DNA from: Methanotrichaceae archaeon
GTDB lineage: Archaea; Halobacteriota; Methanosarcinia; Methanotrichales; Methanotrichaceae
NCBI GenBank assembly: GCA_016927055.1
Contig: JAFGNK010000115.1
Span: forward strand, 1 to 41,337
Direction: 5' to 3'
Length of the DNA: 41,337 nt
The position numbers and the translations under genes are program-made. Positions 18,144 to 27,884 of this stretch are shown here, piece after piece; position 1 is the first letter of the stretch, and each line of letters begins with the position of its first letter. The notes under the pieces were generated by a model. That model had not been told where the DNA came from. It made no database searches and worked only from the letters and a program-made list of their open reading frames with translations.

Positions 18144-19045
18144 GCCGCAATATCCCCCTTGTACTCCGGATATGGCCCATACTTTTTCCGAAGAGATCTC
18201 TCAATGTAATTGTTATAGATAACCATCACTACGATAAAGAATAGTCCCATGGCAATGGCGAAGGATGCCTGAGTCACCGGATCGAATACCGTTGTTCTCC
18301 AGTTGTCCAAAAAGACTGTCAAGCCAAAGGCCATTCCTGTGGCGGGACCGCCGAACTTGGTACAGAACCAGGCGTTGTCTATGGAGTTCCTCAGACCAGC
18401 TTCGGCCTTCCTCACTATCTGGCCGGAGAGCATGGTATTCAGACCGCAGCCGAACTGCCTGTTCTGGAACTCGCGCTCGCCACCATAGTGAATATCGCCC
18501 ACTGATGAGCCGATAGCACCTACAGCCAATCCCCAGATCAAGGCTATGATCGGCATCGGGAATGGATGTGGGATGGGCAACATGTATACCATGATGTAAG
18601 ATATAGCTGCAATACAAAACGATGTTATCCAGGCATGTGCCATAATGGATGGTGTAGTGTACCTGACCATATCCAGATAGATCCACTGATTGAACCTAGC
18701 TTGGCTGGAATTCCTGCCAAAATAGGAACTCAATGAAAAGACACCGTTGAACAGAGCGGCAACGGATGCGCCTGCCACAAGTGCAAACAGTGCGGGCATC
18801 TGGAAGGCCGTGATAAGAGTATAGGCCACTATAGCTGCAGTAGCAGCCCACAGGGCGTTGGCCGGGGGTTCACCCGAAATGGCCTTGTTATAGATCCTGT
18901 GGGGATTGCCGACCTGGGCAGCCAGTTGTACTTGCGAGTTGGGATTGCTCTGGGATCCTACATCAGATTCTATATCCTCAGAAGCACCAGCAACCGTCGC
19001 AAGGGCGCCCATCGCAGCTATAAGCCCCATGCTAAATGCGTCCAT
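18140..19045 (-). CDS. mtrE: Mtr subunit E
   Basis: EDIESDVGSQSNPNSQVQLA, HPFP, GD.HYG.ER, KFGGP, YGPY; SD AGGAGG. Confidence 0.96.
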   Translation of the reverse strand: MDAFSMGLIAAMGALATVAGASEDIESDVGSQSNPNSQVQLAAQVGNPHRIYNKAISGEPPANALWAATAAIVAYTLITAFQMPALFALVAGASVAALFNGVFSLSSYFGRNSSQARFNQWIYLDMVRYTTPSIMAHAWITSFCIAAISYIMVYMLPIPHPFPMPIIALIWGLAVGAIGSSVGDIHYGGEREFQNRQFGCGLNTMLSGQIVRKAEAGLRNSIDNAWFCTKFGGPATGMAFGLTVFLDNWRTTVFDPVTQASFAIAMGLFFIVVMVIYNNYIERSLRKKYGPYPEYKGDIAA

Positions 19046-19130
19046 TTAATCCTCCTCCTTTTCCTTTCACCAATTTCATGGTTTTCCACGATAAAATTGG
19101 CTATGACGCTCTTGGTATCAATTACCTAAA

Positions 19131-19145
19131 CTTATAAACCTTTCG
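19131..19145 (-). promoter_or_regulatory. mtr operon promoter (BRE CGAAAG + TATA TTTATAAG)
   Basis: Minus strand reads CGAAAGGTTTATAAG about 85 bp upstream of mtrE. Confidence 0.7.
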
Positions 19146-19480
19146 CGATGGCGAGAAATATATCGGCTACTGAGAATTTTTCTGGGCCGTCGATCTCCGG
19201 GTTTAAAATAAATATGGGCTCTCTTTCGAAGCATTTCTGCCTTTGTGCGTTGCCATGAAAAGATGCAATATACAATAGCTAAGATCTCTTGCACGTGATT
19301 GTATTGCCTGTCAGAGCGTGAATTTGTGGGCAATTTGTGGTGCTCTAATGTGGGCGGCTAGGCTCTGGCCTGTCAGGAAGCACGCGAATGTTGGTGAGCA
19401 CAAATTAAAATGTGGCAGGAAGAGGCCGCGATTTTTTTGGCGAAATTGACCTTTTCCATGGTGAAATCGACTATTGCCAG

Positions 19481-20017
19481 TTACCAGGGCTCTCTCTTCG
19501 ATCCGATTCGATAGCCAATGATGTTCATAACGCGGTGAAGGATTGGCGTTATTATTAGTACTAGTACCATAATAGTCGGTGTGAAATTTTGCCAAAACCA
19601 TGTTGGCGCGAGGATCATAGTTAGCACCCAGGATCCTATGACGAAATCCAGTTGATCTATGATGAAGAGTTGAGCTCCTCGCTTCAGCCCCATCCTTCGC
19701 TTAAAGAAGGCGGCCACAATATCTCCCAGCATTGCTCCAAAGGAGAGTCCCAGGAGAATCGGCAGTTGGCTGAATCCAGAACCAAAGCTGGGGAGACCGA
19801 GGCTTGGGGCAAGGTGGCTAAGCAGCAGACCTATTATTATGCCGCCCAATGTGCCTGCTATCGTACCTCGGAATGTCTTCCCATCACCTAGCATACGATT
19901 CCCGTCATGGATGGTATGCCCGAAGTCCAGAGGCGTCCCACCGCCAAAGAGGACCGCGCAGTTATTGGGCAGATATGCAGGCAGCATCAGCCAAAATGCT
20001 GTAATAAGTACATTCAT
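19481..20017 (-). CDS. carS: CDP-archaeol synthase (DUF46)
   Basis: LPAYLPN..AVLFGGG.PLD.G, LGDGKT.RG, GD...AFFKRR, DQLDF, K.EPW C-terminus. Confidence 0.92.
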   Translation of the reverse strand: MNVLITAFWLMLPAYLPNNCAVLFGGGTPLDFGHTIHDGNRMLGDGKTFRGTIAGTLGGIIIGLLLSHLAPSLGLPSFGSGFSQLPILLGLSFGAMLGDIVAAFFKRRMGLKRGAQLFIIDQLDFVIGSWVLTMILAPTWFWQNFTPTIMVLVLIITPILHRVMNIIGYRIGSKREPW

Positions 20018-20453
20018 GCCTTGCACTCTCGCCGTTTCGCCTATATATCAAATTATCTGATGCAATAATTCTCTATTCTATTGCATCGACGTGAGGGCGT
20101 TAATAGCTCTGTTGTTCGCTCGCCCTGGTGGAATATTCTTGCAGATTTCGAATAGATAATGATAATTTATATTTTATAAAATTATTTGGAGCAGATTTCG
20201 ACGATATCGAATATCAATGAGAATTTCATGTTTTCCGTCATTTTGTGTCGGTAAACCTGGGCAGTCCAGTTATGGTATGAAAAAACCTCTTCGCTCCAGG
20301 CCAGTTTCCATCCTCATGGATGACCTTAGGTCATGGGCGTTTCTCGGTTTCTCTCTTGCTTCTGCGGTTAGGTTAGTAGATGTTAACGAAAATTATACTC
20401 GCGTATCTTTCAATCGAAACAGTTAAGTTCAACCTGTGCTACCTAAGGGGCGG

Positions 20454-20550
20454 GCGTCGATGGTCTAGTGGTTATGACTTGGGCCTTCCAGGCAGATTGT
20501 GATATCTGCGAAGCAAGCCTACAACCCGGGTTCGAATCCCGGTCGACGCA
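20454..20550 (+). tRNA. tRNA-Gly(TCC) with 25-nt intron (20491-20515) at position 37/38
   Basis: Acceptor GCGTCGA/TCGACGC; anticodon arm TGGGC-CT-TCC-A^A-GCCTA; TTCGAAT T-loop; BHB with central helix CUUC/GAAG and outer helix GCAGAU/AUCUGC. Confidence 0.93.
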
Positions 20551-20646
20551 CTTCTTTTTTGACTTATTTTCATTGAGATCATCCTTACGTTGAATGCCGA
20601 ATTATTTTCGCTAGATTTATATCCTAGTTTGACCAGTTGTTGCTCT

Positions 20647-21366
20647 ATGAATTCCGGTGGGGAGATCTCCAATGCACGAGGATTGCTGGCTGAGAAGATC
20701 GCAGGAGAGATCACCCTTTCCCAAAATCCAGGCGAGACCCTGAGGAAATGGCGGCGCAACTTCGGCATAACTCAGACCGACCTGTCCAATCATATGGGCA
20801 TATCTCCTTCCGTTATCTCTGATTATGAGAGCGGCCGGCGAAAATCTCCCGGCATAATGATCGTGAGCAAGATCATTGATGCACTCCTCCGAATAGATGA
20901 GGGCCGCGGCTGCAATGTTCTGCGCGCCTACGAGGACATGTGGGGCGATATTTTAGGCCTTGACTCCATATGCAGCGTCTGTGAGTACCAGGAACCGATA
21001 GCCCTCTTGACTATTGCAGAAAAACTGAATGCAGAGGTTCTCTTTGGCCGCATGGATATCACCATCTGGGGTTATACGGTTATTGACAGCATGAAGGCCA
21101 TCATTGAGATGCTTCCGGATCAGTTCCTGAAGATCTATGGGCGGAGCACAGCTCGCGCTCTGATATTCACGGGCGTTCATTCCGGCAAATCGCCCATGGT
21201 AGCAGTGCGGGTAAGCAATCTCAAGCCCGGCGCGGTAGTCTTGCAGGGATTGATGCCTTCCGAGGTTGATCCCATTGCCATAAGGATCGCCGAGGTCGAG
21301 AATATTCCTCTTTTAACGACACATTTTTCCGTTGACGAGATTTCAAGTGCATTGAGCAAAGGGTGA
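20647..21366 (+). CDS. XRE-type HTH transcriptional regulator with DRTGG-like C-terminal domain (COG1709-like)
   Basis: IAGEITLS..PG.TLRKWR..F, SPSVISDYESGRRKSPG, RALIFTGV.SGKSPMVAVRV. Confidence 0.85.
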   Translation: MNSGGEISNARGLLAEKIAGEITLSQNPGETLRKWRRNFGITQTDLSNHMGISPSVISDYESGRRKSPGIMIVSKIIDALLRIDEGRGCNVLRAYEDMWGDILGLDSICSVCEYQEPIALLTIAEKLNAEVLFGRMDITIWGYTVIDSMKAIIEMLPDQFLKIYGRSTARALIFTGVHSGKSPMVAVRVSNLKPGAVVLQGLMPSEVDPIAIRIAEVENIPLLTTHFSVDEISSALSKG

Positions 21367-21372
21367 ACTCTT

Positions 21373-22410
21373 TTGGTCTCAGGTATTGTAAGTTATGGGG
21401 TCTATGTTCCGCGATTTCGCATAAGGCTAGACGAGATTGCCAGGGTTTGGGGGGACGGAGAGGAGATCACCGAGGGTCTGCGCGTCTTCGAGAAATCCGT
21501 GCCCGATCTTGATGAGGATGCAGTGACGATCGCCGTGGAGGCTGCAAGAAATGCCTTGCAGCGTGCCGGGATAGATCCTAAACGGATAGGCGCCATCTAT
21601 GCGGGCTCAGAGAGTCATCCTTATGCTGTAAAGCCCACAGCTACCATCGTGGGCCAGGCCTTAGGCACATCATCTTCTTTTACGGCCGCGGACTTCGAGT
21701 TTGCCTGTAAAGCCGGCACCGCTGCCGTCCAGGCTTGCCTTGGCCTTGTCAGCTCCAATCTAATTGATCTGGGCCTGGCAATAGGCGCGGATGTAAGCCA
21801 GGGAGCACCGGGAGATATGCTGGAATATACGGCTGCGGCTGGAGGTGCAGCTTATCTCATCGGCAGCCGGGATTTGGCAGCGGAGATTGAGGGCACTTAT
21901 TCTTTCACCACCGATACCCCGGATTTCTGGAGGCGGGAGGGCATGCCCTATCCGGAGCATGGGGGAAGGTTCACGGGCGAGCCGGCCTATTTCAAGCACG
22001 TAGCAGGTGCTGCGCGCGGCCTTATGAAGCGCCTGGGGACAGAGCCCAAGGATTATGATTATGCCGTCTTTCACCAGCCCAACGGCAAGTTTCCCGTGCG
22101 CGTGGCCAAGATGCTGGGCTTTTCCAAAAAGCAGATCGAGCCGGGATTGATCGTGCCCATGATCGGAAACACTTACTCGGCATCCTGCCTCATCGGCCTT
22201 GCCGCCACTTTAGATGTCGCCCGCCCAGGCGAGCGCATTTTTGTGACCAGCTTTGGATCCGGTGCGGGAAGCGACGCCTTCAGTATAAGTGTGAAAGACA
22301 AAATTGATGAGATTCGCTGTGGCGCTGCAAACGTTCGCGACTATATCGGCGGGGCCGAGTATCTTGATTACGCCATGTATGCCAAGCATAAGGGCAAGCT
22401 GAGAATATGA
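21373..22410 (+). CDS. Hydroxymethylglutaryl-CoA synthase (archaeal)
   Basis: [46 protein letters not shown]; TTG start. Confidence 0.93.
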   Translation: MVSGIVSYGVYVPRFRIRLDEIARVWGDGEEITEGLRVFEKSVPDLDEDAVTIAVEAARNALQRAGIDPKRIGAIYAGSESHPYAVKPTATIVGQALGTSSSFTAADFEFACKAGTAAVQACLGLVSSNLIDLGLAIGADVSQGAPGDMLEYTAAAGGAAYLIGSRDLAAEIEGTYSFTTDTPDFWRREGMPYPEHGGRFTGEPAYFKHVAGAARGLMKRLGTEPKDYDYAVFHQPNGKFPVRVAKMLGFSKKQIEPGLIVPMIGNTYSASCLIGLAATLDVARPGERIFVTSFGSGAGSDAFSISVKDKIDEIRCGAANVRDYIGGAEYLDYAMYAKHKGKLRI

Positions 22411-23570
22411 GATCCGTATCCATAATTGGGGTAGGCTGCACCAAGTTCGGAGAGCGATGGGATGTCTCTTTGCGCGACATGATTGCTGAGGCCGGAGTCA
22501 TGGCCATTGAGGATGCCGAGATCGCCGGCGAGCAGATCGATGCACTCTACGTGGGCAACATGAGCGCCGGAAGATTCATCGAGCAGGAACACATAGGGGC
22601 GCTCATTGCTGATTGCGCCGGCCTCTCCCGGCTGCATATACCCTCCACGCGCGTAGAGGCGGCCTGTGCTTCGGGGGGCCTCGCTCTTCGTCAGGCGGTA
22701 CTGGCCGTGGCCAGCGGCTATAGCGATATTGTCATCGCGGCGGGGGTTGAGAAGATGACCGATGTCTCCACCGGCACCGCCGCCGACGCGCTGGCAGCAG
22801 CAGCCGACCGGGAGTGGGAGTGCTTCTTTGGCGCGACCTTCCCTGCGCTCTATGCCATGATGGCCAAGCTGCACATGCGTCGCTATGGGACAACGCATGA
22901 CCAGATGGCCCAGGTGGCTGTGAAAAATCATCACCATGCCTGCATGAATCCGATCGCTCAGTATCATATGGAGATTACTGTGGAAGACGTGAATAAGTCT
23001 CCTATGGTGGCGGACCCTCTGCATGTCCTGGATTGCTCACCCATATCCGATGGAGCGGCGGCAGTGGTGCTTGCCCCGACAGAGGTGGCGGGAAGGCTTT
23101 CTGAATGCCCCATAAAGATCGTGGCCAGCGCCCAGGCTAGCGATACTTTAGCCCTGCATGATCGCCGTGATCTGACCACTCTGGATGCCACCGTGCATGC
23201 CGGGCGGGCCGCTTTCACTCAGGCCGGAATCGAGCCTCGAGCGGTGGATGTGGCAGAGGTGCATGACTGCTTTACCATCGCCGAGATATTGGCCATAGAG
23301 GACCTGGGATTTGTTGAGAAAGGCCAGGGCGGCAAAGCCATGGAAGAGGGGCTGACGGTCCTGGGAGGACGATTGCCCATAAATACCTCGGGTGGGCTGA
23401 AGGCCTGCGGCCATCCCGTAGGTGCTACCGGAATAAAGCAGGCCTACGAGATCGCCCTGCAACTAAGAGGCGAGGCAGGCAAGCGTCAGGTAGATGAGGC
23501 GGAGGTGGGCCTGGCTCACAATGTGGGCGGCTCCGGCGGAACGGCCCTGGTCCACATATTTACGAGGTGA
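22407..23570 (+). CDS. Acetoacetyl-CoA thiolase (archaeal)
   Basis: [32 protein letters not shown]. Confidence 0.93.
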   Translation: MRSVSIIGVGCTKFGERWDVSLRDMIAEAGVMAIEDAEIAGEQIDALYVGNMSAGRFIEQEHIGALIADCAGLSRLHIPSTRVEAACASGGLALRQAVLAVASGYSDIVIAAGVEKMTDVSTGTAADALAAAADREWECFFGATFPALYAMMAKLHMRRYGTTHDQMAQVAVKNHHHACMNPIAQYHMEITVEDVNKSPMVADPLHVLDCSPISDGAAAVVLAPTEVAGRLSECPIKIVASAQASDTLALHDRRDLTTLDATVHAGRAAFTQAGIEPRAVDVAEVHDCFTIAEILAIEDLGFVEKGQGGKAMEEGLTVLGGRLPINTSGGLKACGHPVGATGIKQAYEIALQLRGEAGKRQVDEAEVGLAHNVGGSGGTALVHIFTR

Positions 23571-23572
23571 AG

Positions 23573-24004
23573 ATGGCAACGCAAGCGCCCAGATTCTGGA
23601 GAAGCATACCGCAACGATACAATCTTTCCGGAACGCACTGCACTAGCTGCAATGAGTACTTCTTTCCTCCCCGAAACCTCTGTCCCAACTGCCGCCGCGG
23701 GGCGCATTTAGAGGAGTACACCTTCAAGGGGACGGGCACCATCATCACCTACACTACTATCTATAATGCCACCGAGGACTTCGAGAGGCTGACGCCCTAT
23801 AATCTGGCTATCATTCAACTGGATGAGGGTCCCAAGATTACCGGTCAGATCGTCTCCAGCTCGACTGGAGTCAAGATTGGCATGCGCGTTCGGCCGGTAT
23901 TTCGCATTCTGGGAAAAGAGGGTGACCGGGGCATAATCTACTACGGCACCAAGTTTGCGCCTCTGCTCGTGTCAAGCTGCACGGAAAAGAAAGCCAGTGT
24001 GTAG
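23573..24004 (+). CDS. DUF35 Zn-ribbon/OB-fold scaffold of the thiolase-HMGS complex
   Basis: PRFWR, C..C....FPPR..CP.C, IIYYG.KF; third gene of the known triad. Confidence 0.9.
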   Translation: MATQAPRFWRSIPQRYNLSGTHCTSCNEYFFPPRNLCPNCRRGAHLEEYTFKGTGTIITYTTIYNATEDFERLTPYNLAIIQLDEGPKITGQIVSSSTGVKIGMRVRPVFRILGKEGDRGIIYYGTKFAPLLVSSCTEKKASV

Positions 24005-24012
24005 AGAAGATT

Positions 24013-24306
24013 TCACATGAAAGCGCCGGCGAAATCTGCGCGGCTCATTTCCGCACCGTTCATATCAGCGCCCTTCGTATCTTTGGTGAGAAGGACAGGT
24101 CCGGTCTTTATGACATTCTCTCTGGCTTTTATCTCGCTGAGCATGCGGGAGAGGCCATTTCTCTCTTTAGCCTGCATAACCAAAAAGAAGCTGTACTCTC
24201 CAAAGAGACGATAGACATCCTTTACTTCGGGCCTCTCTTGCAGACGGGCACAAACCATTCTTTCCTGATCGGATCTAACTTTGATCATTGTCATTCCTAT
24301 TACAAT
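24013..24306 (-). CDS. Stand-alone Lrp/AsnC ligand-binding-domain protein (no HTH); start uncertain
   Basis: VIGMTMIKV..DQER, VKDVYRLFGEYSFF. Candidate starts are ATT 24306 after GGGGGA, TTG 24312 or GTG 24330. Confidence 0.7.
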   Translation of the reverse strand: MVIGMTMIKVRSDQERMVCARLQERPEVKDVYRLFGEYSFFLVMQAKERNGLSRMLSEIKARENVIKTGPVLLTKDTKGADMNGAEMSRADFAGAFM

Positions 24307-24451
24307 TTTCAATTCCCCCACTAGAAGCACATTTGAATGCTGTACTTATATATGTCCTTGTTGGTGCATATGTCCCAGACAATTTAATATCAAAACTTAT
24401 ATTTAAAATTTACGCGAAGGATGTAAATATTTTGCAGCCTGATAAAGAACC

Positions 24452-25927
24452 ATGACCCTTGTTTCCCTCTGCTTTGAGGTCCACCAGCCTCTTCGGCTCA
24501 AGAAAAATTTCTTCTGGGACGGATTTCCGCTAAAGCAGGTCGTGCCCAATTTGGGTGAGTTTTATTTTGATGACCATGAGAATAAAAGAATCTTTGAGCG
24601 GATATCCGACAAATGTTATCTGCCTGCCAACGAGGTCATCTTAGAGAGCATTAAGAAGCATGAGGGATCGGACAGGCCCTTCCAGGTCGCTTATAGCTTC
24701 TCTGGGATCTTCTTGGAGCAGTGTTGCGCCTTTCGTCCCGAGGTATTGGACTCCTTTGTCAGGCTGGTGGAGACGGGCCAAGTGGAGGTGATGGAGCAGA
24801 CCTACTACCACTCTTTGGCCAGCCTCTACGAGGATAAAAGCGAGTTCTTGGAGCAGGTCAAGATGCATAAGGAGTTGATCTGGGACATCTTTGGGCTGCA
24901 TCCCACCACCTTCGAGAATACGGAGCTCATTTACAATGACGAGATTGCGAGGATGGTTGAAAGCATGGGATACAAGGCCGTCTTCACCGAAGGGGTTGTG
25001 GAAAATCCCAACTACGTTTACCGGCCACCCAAGACAGAAATCTCTTTGCTACTGCGAAACTATAAGCTCACAGACGACATCGGCTTTCGGTTCTCTTCGC
25101 ATAGCTGGGAGGAGTACCCCCTTACCGCCGACAAGTATGCCGGCTGGCTGGCGGCAACTCCCGGCCAGTGCATAAACATCTTCTGCGACTATGAGACCTT
25201 TGGCGAGCATCAGTGGACGGATACGGGTATTTTTGAGTTCCTGTGCCATCTGCCCGGGGAGGTTTTGCGGCATGAGAATCTCCGATTTGCCACACCTTCT
25301 GAGATTGCTCGAGACATTGCCCCGGAAAGAGAGCTCTCCGTACCAAATTATGTCTCATGGGCAGACCTGGAGAGGGATACGAGCTGCTGGCTGGGTAACG
25401 CTCTGCAGCAGGCCTGCTTCATCTACCAAAAGAGGCTGGAGGCTCCGGTCAAAGAGAGTGGAGACCAGGAGCTTCTGCGGATTTGGAGGACGTTTGGTCT
25501 TTCCGATCATCTTTACTACATCTTTACTCACGGCGGGGGGCCGGGTGAGGTGCACAGCTATTTCAGCCCCTACGGCATTTCTTATGATGCCTCCGTTACC
25601 TACTTCAGCGTTCTATGTGATCTGCATTACCGTCTTAAGAAGAAGATCCATCTGGCTGATTCACCCTTCCGTTTTGCCACTGGCAAGGATCAGTTCACAG
25701 GAGAAGTCGCCTGGAGTTTAGCCGGTCTGCAAAATATTTTAAAAGCCGTATCGATCGATTCACTGCAATATCATAACAGCCGGGGGGATCTGGCCCGGTG
25801 GGCGGCGAGCAGTCTCGCAGACACGGGTCTGGCGGAGCGGATGTCTAAATCAAAGAGCATCAAGGGAGAAAGACTGCGAAAAAGCCTGCTATCTGCAGTG
25901 GATTTTGCTCTCTCGGAGGATAAATAA
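24452..25927 (+). CDS. Glycoside hydrolase family 57 (alpha-amylase type) with a C-terminal extension
   Basis: FEVHQP, CYLPAN, TYYHSL, NTELIY, DYETFGEH, SWAD.ERD.S.WLGN, SDH.YY. Confidence 0.92.
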   Translation: MTLVSLCFEVHQPLRLKKNFFWDGFPLKQVVPNLGEFYFDDHENKRIFERISDKCYLPANEVILESIKKHEGSDRPFQVAYSFSGIFLEQCCAFRPEVLDSFVRLVETGQVEVMEQTYYHSLASLYEDKSEFLEQVKMHKELIWDIFGLHPTTFENTELIYNDEIARMVESMGYKAVFTEGVVENPNYVYRPPKTEISLLLRNYKLTDDIGFRFSSHSWEEYPLTADKYAGWLAATPGQCINIFCDYETFGEHQWTDTGIFEFLCHLPGEVLRHENLRFATPSEIARDIAPERELSVPNYVSWADLERDTSCWLGNALQQACFIYQKRLEAPVKESGDQELLRIWRTFGLSDHLYYIFTHGGGPGEVHSYFSPYGISYDASVTYFSVLCDLHYRLKKKIHLADSPFRFATGKDQFTGEVAWSLAGLQNILKAVSIDSLQYHNSRGDLARWAASSLADTGLAERMSKSKSIKGERLRKSLLSAVDFALSEDK

Positions 25928-27789
25928 TGGCTGGAGGGGCCGTCTTTTGTCCGCAGAGCTATGAAGAGGGCGCGGGCCGGGAATGGCTGCTGGCCAATGG
26001 TCTGGGCGGCTACGCCTCCTCTACCGTGTCCGGCAGCAACACGCGGGCCTATCACGGTCTTCTCGTGGCGGCGCTAGAGCCTCCTGTGGACCGCTGGCTT
26101 TTGCTCTCTTCCCTGGATGAGGAGGTCGAGGGCGCCCTTTTGGCTAATCATCAATACCCTGGTGTGATCCACCCCCAGGGATTTAAGTATCTAAAGGAGT
26201 TTCGCGAGGATCCAACTATCTGGTTCTGCTACCAGGTGGGCACTACCAGGATCGAGAAGACCGTTTTCATGATTCATAATGAGAACACCACTATTATCAG
26301 CTACAAAATTAAAAACGGAAAGGGAACGATGCAAATCATTCCCCTGGTGCACTGCCGCTCCTTTCACGCCGCTTCTCCGCTGCCGCGATTGAGCCAGGAA
26401 CCTCTTAAAGCGGGAACGATTCTCCAATCAAGTCTCCGACCTGACATACGTCTCACCCTACTCTCGGATGGCTCCTCATATGTGCCGCAGGAGGTGATTT
26501 ACAACAGCTTCGAGTACGAAGAGGAGCGACGGCGCGGTCTGGCCTGGAAGGAAGACCTCTTCTCCCCGGGCCGCTTCGAAGTAGAGCTATCGGGAGATGC
26601 GGCCTTTGCCATCGCTGCTTCCTCCTGCAGGGACACAATGCCTGATTGGAAGGCCGAGCAGAAAAAAGAAAAAGAGCGTCTGGAAAAGCTAACGGCACCT
26701 ATTCCGAAGTTGGCCCGGGCTGCAGATGCTTTCCTGGTGAAAAGAGGCCATACCCTGAGCCTCATCGCTGGATACCACTGGTTTGATGATTGGGGAAGGG
26801 ACGCCATGATCTCCCTGCCCGGCCTTTTGCTTTGCACAGGGCGCTATGAAGATGCCAGGCAGGTCTTGAAATCCTTTGCAGAGGCCATGAACGACGGTGT
26901 TTTGCCCAATGACCTCGGGGCCAGGTCTTACAATACGGTGGATGCATCCCTATGGTTTGTTCAGGCCGTCAGCAGCTATTTTGAGTATTCAAAAGACCTG
27001 GAGTTTCTGGGCGAGATCTGGCCCAGGCTGCTGGATGTATTCAGTCGCTATTCTCGGCCGGGTGAGGAATTTGGAGGGTCCGGGGATGGTCTTATCGTAT
27101 CCGGGCCAGCGCTCACATGGATGGATGCACGCCTGGATGGTCGGCCGGTTACGCCAAGGGCTGGGAAATGTTGTGAGATAAATGCCCTATGGTTTTGTGC
27201 CTTGAAAGATATGCAGAAGCTGGGCAAGGCTTCAGGCAAGTCTGTAGATTCAGGATTTGCAGAGCTGGCTGAGAAGGTCAGGCAAAGCTACCAGGGGTTT
27301 TGGAATAGTGAAACCGGCTGCCTTTATGATGTGATTGACCATGAGGACGCATCCATCCGGCCAAACCAGATCATCGCGGCAAGGGTTCCCGATCTGCTGC
27401 CATTTGTTATGAGAAAGAGCATTCTTGAGGTGGTCACAAGGGAATTGCTCACGCCTTTCGGCCTGAGAACGCTCTCGCCCCGCGATCCCCGCTATGTGGG
27501 CAGATACGAAGGTGATTCCCGTTGCCGGGATGGGGCCTATCATCAGGGTACCGTCTGGCCCTGGCTCATGGGGCCGTACATTGATGCTCTGCTCTCGGTG
27601 AACGGTAGGTCCGAGCCGATCTTGGCTTCGGCCCGTGAACTTCTCAGGCCTCTGATAACGCCAGATGCGAGCGGGATAAACACAATTCCCGAGGTCTTTG
27701 ATGGTGATTCTCCCCAGCGGCCGGGTGGCTGCATAGCTCAGGCCTGGTCTGTGGCAGAGGTGCTGCGAGCCTGGCAGATATCTCAATAG
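25927..27789 (+). CDS. Glycogen debranching enzyme (amylo-alpha-1,6-glucosidase, archaeal type)
   Basis: EWLLANGLGGYAS, AGYHWFDDWGRD, TWMDA, RPNQ, YHQGTVWPW, QAWS. Confidence 0.92.
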   Translation: MAGGAVFCPQSYEEGAGREWLLANGLGGYASSTVSGSNTRAYHGLLVAALEPPVDRWLLLSSLDEEVEGALLANHQYPGVIHPQGFKYLKEFREDPTIWFCYQVGTTRIEKTVFMIHNENTTIISYKIKNGKGTMQIIPLVHCRSFHAASPLPRLSQEPLKAGTILQSSLRPDIRLTLLSDGSSYVPQEVIYNSFEYEEERRRGLAWKEDLFSPGRFEVELSGDAAFAIAASSCRDTMPDWKAEQKKEKERLEKLTAPIPKLARAADAFLVKRGHTLSLIAGYHWFDDWGRDAMISLPGLLLCTGRYEDARQVLKSFAEAMNDGVLPNDLGARSYNTVDASLWFVQAVSSYFEYSKDLEFLGEIWPRLLDVFSRYSRPGEEFGGSGDGLIVSGPALTWMDARLDGRPVTPRAGKCCEINALWFCALKDMQKLGKASGKSVDSGFAELAEKVRQSYQGFWNSETGCLYDVIDHEDASIRPNQIIAARVPDLLPFVMRKSILEVVTRELLTPFGLRTLSPRDPRYVGRYEGDSRCRDGAYHQGTVWPWLMGPYIDALLSVNGRSEPILASARELLRPLITPDASGINTIPEVFDGDSPQRPGGCIAQAWSVAEVLRAWQISQ

Positions 27790-27884
27790 AGGGCGACAGC
27801 CCCGGGCAAAGGGCAACGAGACACCATCAGCTCGGCCAGAATGGAGAAGAGAAGACAACAGATAACTGCAATCCACCATTTCAA

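Noticed and set aside
14111-19045. mtr plus mtd in a probable acetoclastic lineage as a novelty
   Set aside because: Retention of these genes in Methanothrix-like methanogens is established, and the operon order is canonical.
22368-23024. 218-aa antisense ORF over the thiolase gene (likewise 27250-27879, 31600-32229, 35916-36509)
   Set aside because: Overlap well-supported genes on the opposite strand and show no domain signal.
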